From Raillietiella orientalis (lineage: Eukaryota), in contig JAYWIR010000002.1 in assembly GCA_036172245.1 (NCBI GenBank), positions 6,758,001 through 6,822,000 on the forward strand: a stretch of DNA of 64,000 nucleotides, read 5' to 3'. This document shows, piece by piece, positions 60,401 through 64,000 of the stretch. The notes below the pieces were generated by a model, which saw nothing but the letters and a program-made list of their open reading frames with translations, did no database searches and had not been told where the DNA came from. A program made the position numbers and the translations under genes. Position 1 is the first letter of the stretch; the number at the start of each line of letters is the position of its first letter.

Positions 60401-61797
60401 CATCGGGTGGCGCGGACAATGTTAAAGAGCTCCTTGGGATCCCCTTAGGAAGCACACGGTTCCTCAGTACTCCTTGAGGACCGAAAAAAGGAAAAAAGAG
60501 CTGGAAGGAAAGCAGGGAAACAGAAGAACCTAAACGGATTTCGATCGTCCAAAGTCAACAGTAACGGCCTTACTGTGAGGTCGCTACGGGCATTAAAGGA
60601 CGAAAACGAAGGGAAACGGACGAACAAACCGTCGTAGAGAGAGATGATGGAATGGACAGAGGAAGGCGTCGCATGTGCTCGAGGAATTCGCTTGCAATTC
60701 CGTGCCGCTCCAGACGAGCCATCACATCCGCTGGCCGTTCTCGATCCTAAGGAAACAAAACGCGTGAAAGGGGGGGAGAGTAGAGGTACAAAAGGGATGA
60801 TGAACGCGGTGGGTGGAAGAGGCTGCTGTGCGCTTCCTACTTTGCGTGTGGGGTGAGGGGGTGGGAGATGAAACTCCACCATGACCTTGCGACAACGAAC
60901 CTTTTTGAGGCGAGGCCTTTCTTTCCGGGGGGCTGCGAAGGCGGTGCAGCAAGCGATTTTTATCTGCGTCAAAAGCCCTGCTGCCCCTTTGCCTTCATCC
61001 GCACGTGCGTGTTTTCGGCACTCTGGGGATTGCATGGGGGGTTCTTGCGACCCGTGTGCTTCCTTGTCCTTTCTTTCACCAAACCTTGCAGACTACGTTG
61101 AGCGTCAGGAACGACGATGCCGGTGCTTTCACTTTGAGACTCATGACAGAGCACTCGCCGCCTGCGGAGAAGCAGGACACCCCTGAACCCAGTAAGCCAT
61201 TCGCGTTACTTCTTGGAACTCGACGAAAGGGTGTTCTTCCTCGGTAGAGGTGGTCCAGGACCGCCGCATTTGCCTGAGACTCCCTTTGCACTCCTCGGCC
61301 CGGCTGCAGCTCCTCTTCGTCCCGAGGGAGGACAAAGAGCACCAGGCCGTGCTTGTCTGTGCCACCGACTTCAATCCTTTCGACCTTGCCACCGTGAGCC
61401 TGCTCGGGTTCGCAACCTCAAGGGATGTCGTCATCGAGTGCCCGCGCGGAGAGGAGGACTTCCTGGAACCTCCGTCCTCCCGCGGCGGTCCGTGCCACGT
61501 CGACTTCGGCGTGCACCCGGTCGGGGCTTCCGAGAAAAGAGTAGTCAGCTTGGTCAATCTCTCTGGCTTTACTTGGCACTACCGATGGAAGAAAGCTCCC
61601 GATGGGATCGAGATCGTGCCGCCGACTGGTCAGCTGAGTCCCAGGGCTTCCCACGACGCTCTCGTCTTGTTTGAGCCCGCCTCCCTTGTGAAGATAAGCG
61701 ACTTTGCGCAGTGCGAAGCCCGAAGAGTCCTGTTCAAGAGCCAGGACGCAGGCGAGTGGGACGGCCGGCTGCCTCTGGCCTCGTGGACGACGAAGTC
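9399..61797 (+). CDS. HYDIN: HYDIN axonemal central-pair protein (ASH/MSP repeats plus adenylate-kinase-like domain), ~60 exons, ~3,557 codons in window, 3'-partial
   Basis: Exons are colinear with remembered HYDIN motifs: LLPSEYIREC..TTEER, VIFQNYSIGEIIETKIQIRNDDK, KLAPGMSF, PKEFSVSP, GEGPIVFVEPSILDFG, YYHGVPEVF, LDMELERFLI..LPEYVLDFG, NPGSFPVEVFCLEYDRQYLVEE, FKDSLVCCVRNNPEP, FPKSMEGRLDFGEVRV..RNKGKYEISY, LFEEF, EWDGRL. Summed exon length is 10,673 nt with matching phases and no internal stop. The first exon (9399-9458) is the least certain. Confidence 0.9.
12143..18655 (+). CDS. HYDIN: HYDIN exons 12143-12364, 12496-12691, 13543-13681, 13730-13854, 13909-14089, 14849-15023, 15640-15858, 16289-16515, 18198-18265, 18441-18655
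   Basis: N-terminal ASH repeats, e.g. GPRALLSIPDNIQFKDVPVK, RLPLQLMGRGVGPTVQF, GEVVQPEFHFDKTTIDFGTVSLGF; GT-AG boundaries in phase. Confidence 0.88.
23568..24828 (+). CDS. HYDIN: HYDIN exons 23568-23769, 23818-23970, 24021-24147, 24197-24386, 24437-24675, 24723-24828
   Basis: GEGPIVFVEPSILDFGDL..LRNQSPIPASF, WKMSETQGTVPP, ARGVGSSIVMKPPLAP, MRNCGKKYHLLMW; separated by 47-50 nt introns. Confidence 0.88.
26100..29070 (-). mobile_element. Decayed non-LTR retrotransposon (LINE) remnant(s): ORF1-like 29070-28150, endonuclease/linker-like ~27450-27060, RT-start-like ~26400-26100
   Basis: Minus-strand fragments MVLFGVDEP..DRELLIKI..VRL...HPLLSQL..ANELEDAP..SLVPREH..KRERKNSR resemble LINE ORF1. VLKLLFRKTVVDFLFSNC..QNWRNAI resembles the N-terminal RT region. 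Many stops and frameshifts; recognised by eye only. Confidence 0.45.
30700..34774 (+). CDS. HYDIN: HYDIN exons 30700-30839, 30895-31079, 31145-31389, 31461-31667, 31718-32068, 32119-32331, 32419-32625, 34296-34428, 34481-34566, 34618-34774
   Basis: PVFSMEPKSLELGPG, PREVSEKLFCY, LDFGTIRYY..NPNPFPIEFEW, HPRFGSLSP..TFTFHG, YYHGVPEVF, YPRLSFNLPR, LDMELERFLI..LPEYVL. Confidence 0.88.
35270..35730 (+). mobile_element. Probable decayed Penelope-like element (RT thumb to GIY-YIG junction)
   Basis: TAFVNSNSEVVKDAMSNAHEGCDLFDVDVCVYERKC...HTGNAVRTHLKK resembles the pattern GVVYxIxC...GQTGRxLxTRLKEH; degenerate. Confidence 0.35.
37240..38435 (+). CDS. HYDIN: HYDIN exons 37240-37484, 37535-37674, 37726-37927, 37993-38207, 38251-38435
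   Basis: DFGKVLLG..VTNMG, ITGGPRLKI, VEFLPKE, NPGSFPVEVFCLEYDRQYLVEE..PGERLPFEFYEF. Confidence 0.9.
40973..47595 (+). CDS. HYDIN: HYDIN ADK-like and charged-region exons 40973-41200, 41243-41395, 41462-41602, 43400-43574, 44299-44486, 46228-46415, 46468-46531, 46588-46710, 46766-46872, 46926-47073, 47127-47368, 47429-47595
   Basis: DPIAASIERLYG, LTLDEIIDSAL, VLPTEIISEFVRERL..DARRGVVF, DVDEEMFDQMPLDEQMAF. Phases are consistent; some boundaries in the low-complexity part are uncertain. Confidence 0.78.
41960..42280 (+). mobile_element. Possible decayed LINE (RTE-like) reverse-transcriptase fragment
   Basis: Frameshifted pieces PELVARTLRASKEGRNGP, QEIWKT and FRGIGKTLLK fall in the order expected for an RT N-terminus. 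Confidence 0.3.
44800..45480 (+). mobile_element. Probable decayed Ty3/Gypsy pol fragment (protease plus start of RT)
   Basis: GRRFLVDAA (cf. FLVDTGA), LRING..IHLEPG..AD, SVFGKP and RNSRAHCDRILHP (cf. RLNxxTxPDRYPIP), colinear but frameshifted. Confidence 0.4.
47810..51831 (+). CDS. HYDIN: HYDIN exons 47810-47996, 48069-48172, 48215-48449, 48526-48804, 50369-50571, 51720-51831
   Basis: FHLEVSGT..RDPVVIY, YDFGYIL, GLFKDSLVCCVRNNPEP, LENLSPIKAVWRI, AETYDVMVDILFPKSMEGRLDFG. Confidence 0.9.
55400..55800 (-). mobile_element. Possible decayed R2/RLE-type non-LTR element C-terminus (CCHC knuckle)
   Basis: Minus-strand GLPT..RR, GLCGTRDALEHIISAC and RLTNFRSRR resemble LPT..R..C..C..ETLxHILxxC.RT...R..RHN. 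Confidence 0.3.
56007..61797 (+). CDS. HYDIN: HYDIN exons 56007-56149, 57645-57795, 57845-57963, 58022-58151, 58200-58373, 58633-58810, 58911-59014, 59092-59316, 61092-61191, 61248-61797
   Basis: IVASLTIPVSIKARY, PFTLYPASG, ARFQLWN..PCDV, VFELCGEGVLPEI, HVDFG..VNLSG..PPTGQLSP..EWDGRL. The last donor is GTGAGT at 61798, so the gene continues beyond 64000. Confidence 0.88.
59991..60367 (+). repeat. Degenerate dispersed repeat of GTCCCTTCGG-like units (about 7 copies)
   Basis: CCC-TTCG-G cores near 59994, 60124, 60184, 60227 and 60305; variants CCCTCCGG near 60275 and CCCTGCGG near 60358. Confidence 0.6.
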
Positions 61798-64000
61798 GTG
61801 AGTAGCTCTCTCCTCACTTCCGAGAAAACCTAAGCGCGCGCGCGCGCGCACGCGCCTTCTGAGCGTTGGAATCGTCCCTCGGGCTTCGGAGGCGGTTCTG
61901 GATCCTGTCCTTCCCTGGATCTTCTCCGATGTCGGTCTCTTCTTGGGGATTAGATGGTCGACCTGCGGTCTCTTCTGGTCGCGGACTTTTGCCCACTTTA
62001 GCAGGAGCGTTCGCGCGAGCGCTGAAGCAGCCCAGTGACAACAGTAAAACCGCGGCTCGGGACTGCCAGCTCGAGTAGTTCGCCCACGCATTTGTGCGAG
62101 CGTCGCGTGCGCCACTACGCGACGGGTCAGGCACGGGAGCTGGGCGAAGCGGCCAGGGTGACAGGCGACCGAGAGGAGAATCCGGCACGCACAGGCGGGT
62201 GGAACGAGCCGTCGCGGACCCCCGTGTACAGAGAAGCACGGAGCATGTGCGCCCTCGTCGTGACTGCGCGCGTGCGCAGTCACGCCAGCGATCGGCAAAC
62301 CGGACCGAACTTGCACACAGCCAGGGAGATGCATGAGCACACAGAATCCTCCCGCCTCTCGACGGAAAGGACAGGAAAGAAGCGCGCTCGCGCTGCTGCG
62401 CGGCTGCTTCGCAGACGTCTCCATGCTGACGTTAGCGTCCCCCCCCCCCGTCCTGCTTCCTCGTCCCCATTCCGAAGGTGCGAGAGAACATGTCGATGCT
62501 CCGCTCGCTTTCGAGTCTTCTCCTTCATTCGTACGTCTTTCCGCTCTGAGGGCAGGGGGGGAACATGGTTGCTGGTTTGCGACTAAGAGTCTCGCTAGGT
62601 AGGAAGGAAAGAAAGGAAATGGCATCGAATTCCGGAGGAGGCTTCTGCTTCGTGGTTTGGTTCCACGTCCCCCTTCCCCCTCTCTATCTCAAAGACACAC
62701 GCGTGATGTTTCTCTCAATCCGCCTCCCTCATCCCATCCACCCCACTTCCGCGAGCGAGCCCTGCAGAGAACTTGCACTCGCTACCAGCTCGAGCAATCT
62801 CGGGTTTCCCCAGAATGAGAGGTTGCCACAGAAAGACCTGACAGTTTCCTTCGAAACTGCTGATGACGACAGACGGATGTTTGCAGCCACCCTCTAGCGA
62901 GAACTCCTCCCCGGACCACTGAAGCGATTCGCCATCCCTTCCCGTCCAATTTGCTTCCCTCTGGATCCTTCGGGAGCAAACGCGTATAAGGATTGTGGAT
63001 CCCTCTCCCTCCGCCCTATCCCAACTGCCTCGCTGCATCTCCGCAACCGAAACGGCGCTCGGAAGGTGTGGTGCTCTTACGATCCTGAAATTCCCATTGC
63101 AGGTGTCCGCACTCACTCTCCCAGATGGTCTTGAGCTCGGTGGAATTTATGACCGCCCGCTCGCAATTTGCTCGATGGCCAACGGCCTCAATGATGCATG
63201 ACCGATTGCGCGAGCTCACCGGCTTGCTGGACCACCGCCGACAAAGGCGGATGATGAGGCAAGGGGCTCCTCGAAAGTGCGGGAGGGCATCTTGGTCCAC
63301 GCGCCGCCGCATCACGCAGCTCCGTGGAAACGCACTCGTGCACTCGGAAACGTTTGGACGTCAGGGGAAGAAGCGACGCTCCCGCCGGAAAGTCTGAGCG
63401 CCACATTTCTCGAGGATTGCGATCGCTTTGCTAAGTGAAGCAATAGTCGTCGTTCTGTAGCTCATCTGCACCCGAGTGATGCCAGGATGTAGCCGTGGAT
63501 TGAGTGGCTGCAGCGGTTGGTTGCTGCGAGCTCGAGGACGCGCGCCACCTGCTCGTTGGCTTCGAGCCTCCCGCGTTTGGGAGGGCGTTCCTTCGCCAGC
63601 ATCCAGAGCCATCTCTGCTCGAGATCCGCTGCGGATCCGGGGTCACAGGGCACCAGTGCGAACCCGTCATGATCCTCTCCGCCTCGACAGCAAGGGTAAC
63701 AACAGCAACGTTCTCCCCGTCTCGAAGATCTCCAATGTCGCTTCGCTTCGGCCTTCTCTACGTACCCAACCGTCCTCCTGATGTCTCGAAGGCAGCGCGA
63801 CCCCTTCCGCTCTTGATGTCCGGCCTTCTCTGCTCGCCCCAAACACGTATGTGCTGCTGTCAGGAGGGGCGGGTTCTCCCGGTGGGAAACAGGCAAGAGG
63901 CCGAACAGGGCCAGACTGCATCCAAGCACATCCCACGAGAAATGATGCAGACTAGTACCCAGGAGCGTCACGGGAACCCTCGCTTGAGCACAGTGAGATG

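Noticed and set aside
61798..64000. ORFs of 130-330 aa at the window end
   Set aside because: GC-rich intron sequence with no recognisable domain and no match to the next expected HYDIN segment.
1..64000. Prokaryotic-type systems (CRISPR arrays, operons, defence islands)
   Set aside because: The window is spliceosomal-intron-containing animal DNA with no regularly spaced repeats or operon-like ORF runs.

Overview
Eukaryotic, intron-rich genomic DNA from an ecdysozoan animal, most likely an arthropod (inferred from E75 motifs); the species cannot be named from the sequence. The ORF track is mostly noise because the genes are spliced, so I rebuilt them by hand from GT-AG boundaries and phase matching. 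(1) The 3' part of an ecdysone-inducible nuclear receptor E75 (NR1D) gene lies on + (2297-6433). Its first zinc-finger exon is not in the window, and an intronic E75D-type alternative first exon sits at 3587-3665. (2) A compact 5-exon GRASP55/65 gene lies on - (7545-6531), tail-to-tail with E75 and only 97 bp from its stop. (3) A highly diverged but apparently intact HYDIN gene (ciliary central-pair protein) lies on +, with about 60 exons from ~9399 to 61797, about 3,557 codons with consistent phases, and continues past the window end. Intron sizes are bimodal: many 42-57 nt micro-introns, often with AAG acceptors and no polypyrimidine tract, and kb-scale introns holding probable decayed retroelements (LINE, Penelope, Ty3/Gypsy, R2-like). 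I found no rRNA, tRNA or CRISPR and cannot claim a wholly new biological system. The best leads are the DBD-less E75 isoform exon, the micro-intron splice signals, the HYDIN P-loop lacking GKS, an X-box and nuclear-receptor element cluster, and a UUCG-motif repeat. All homology statements come from remembered family motifs, not database searches.
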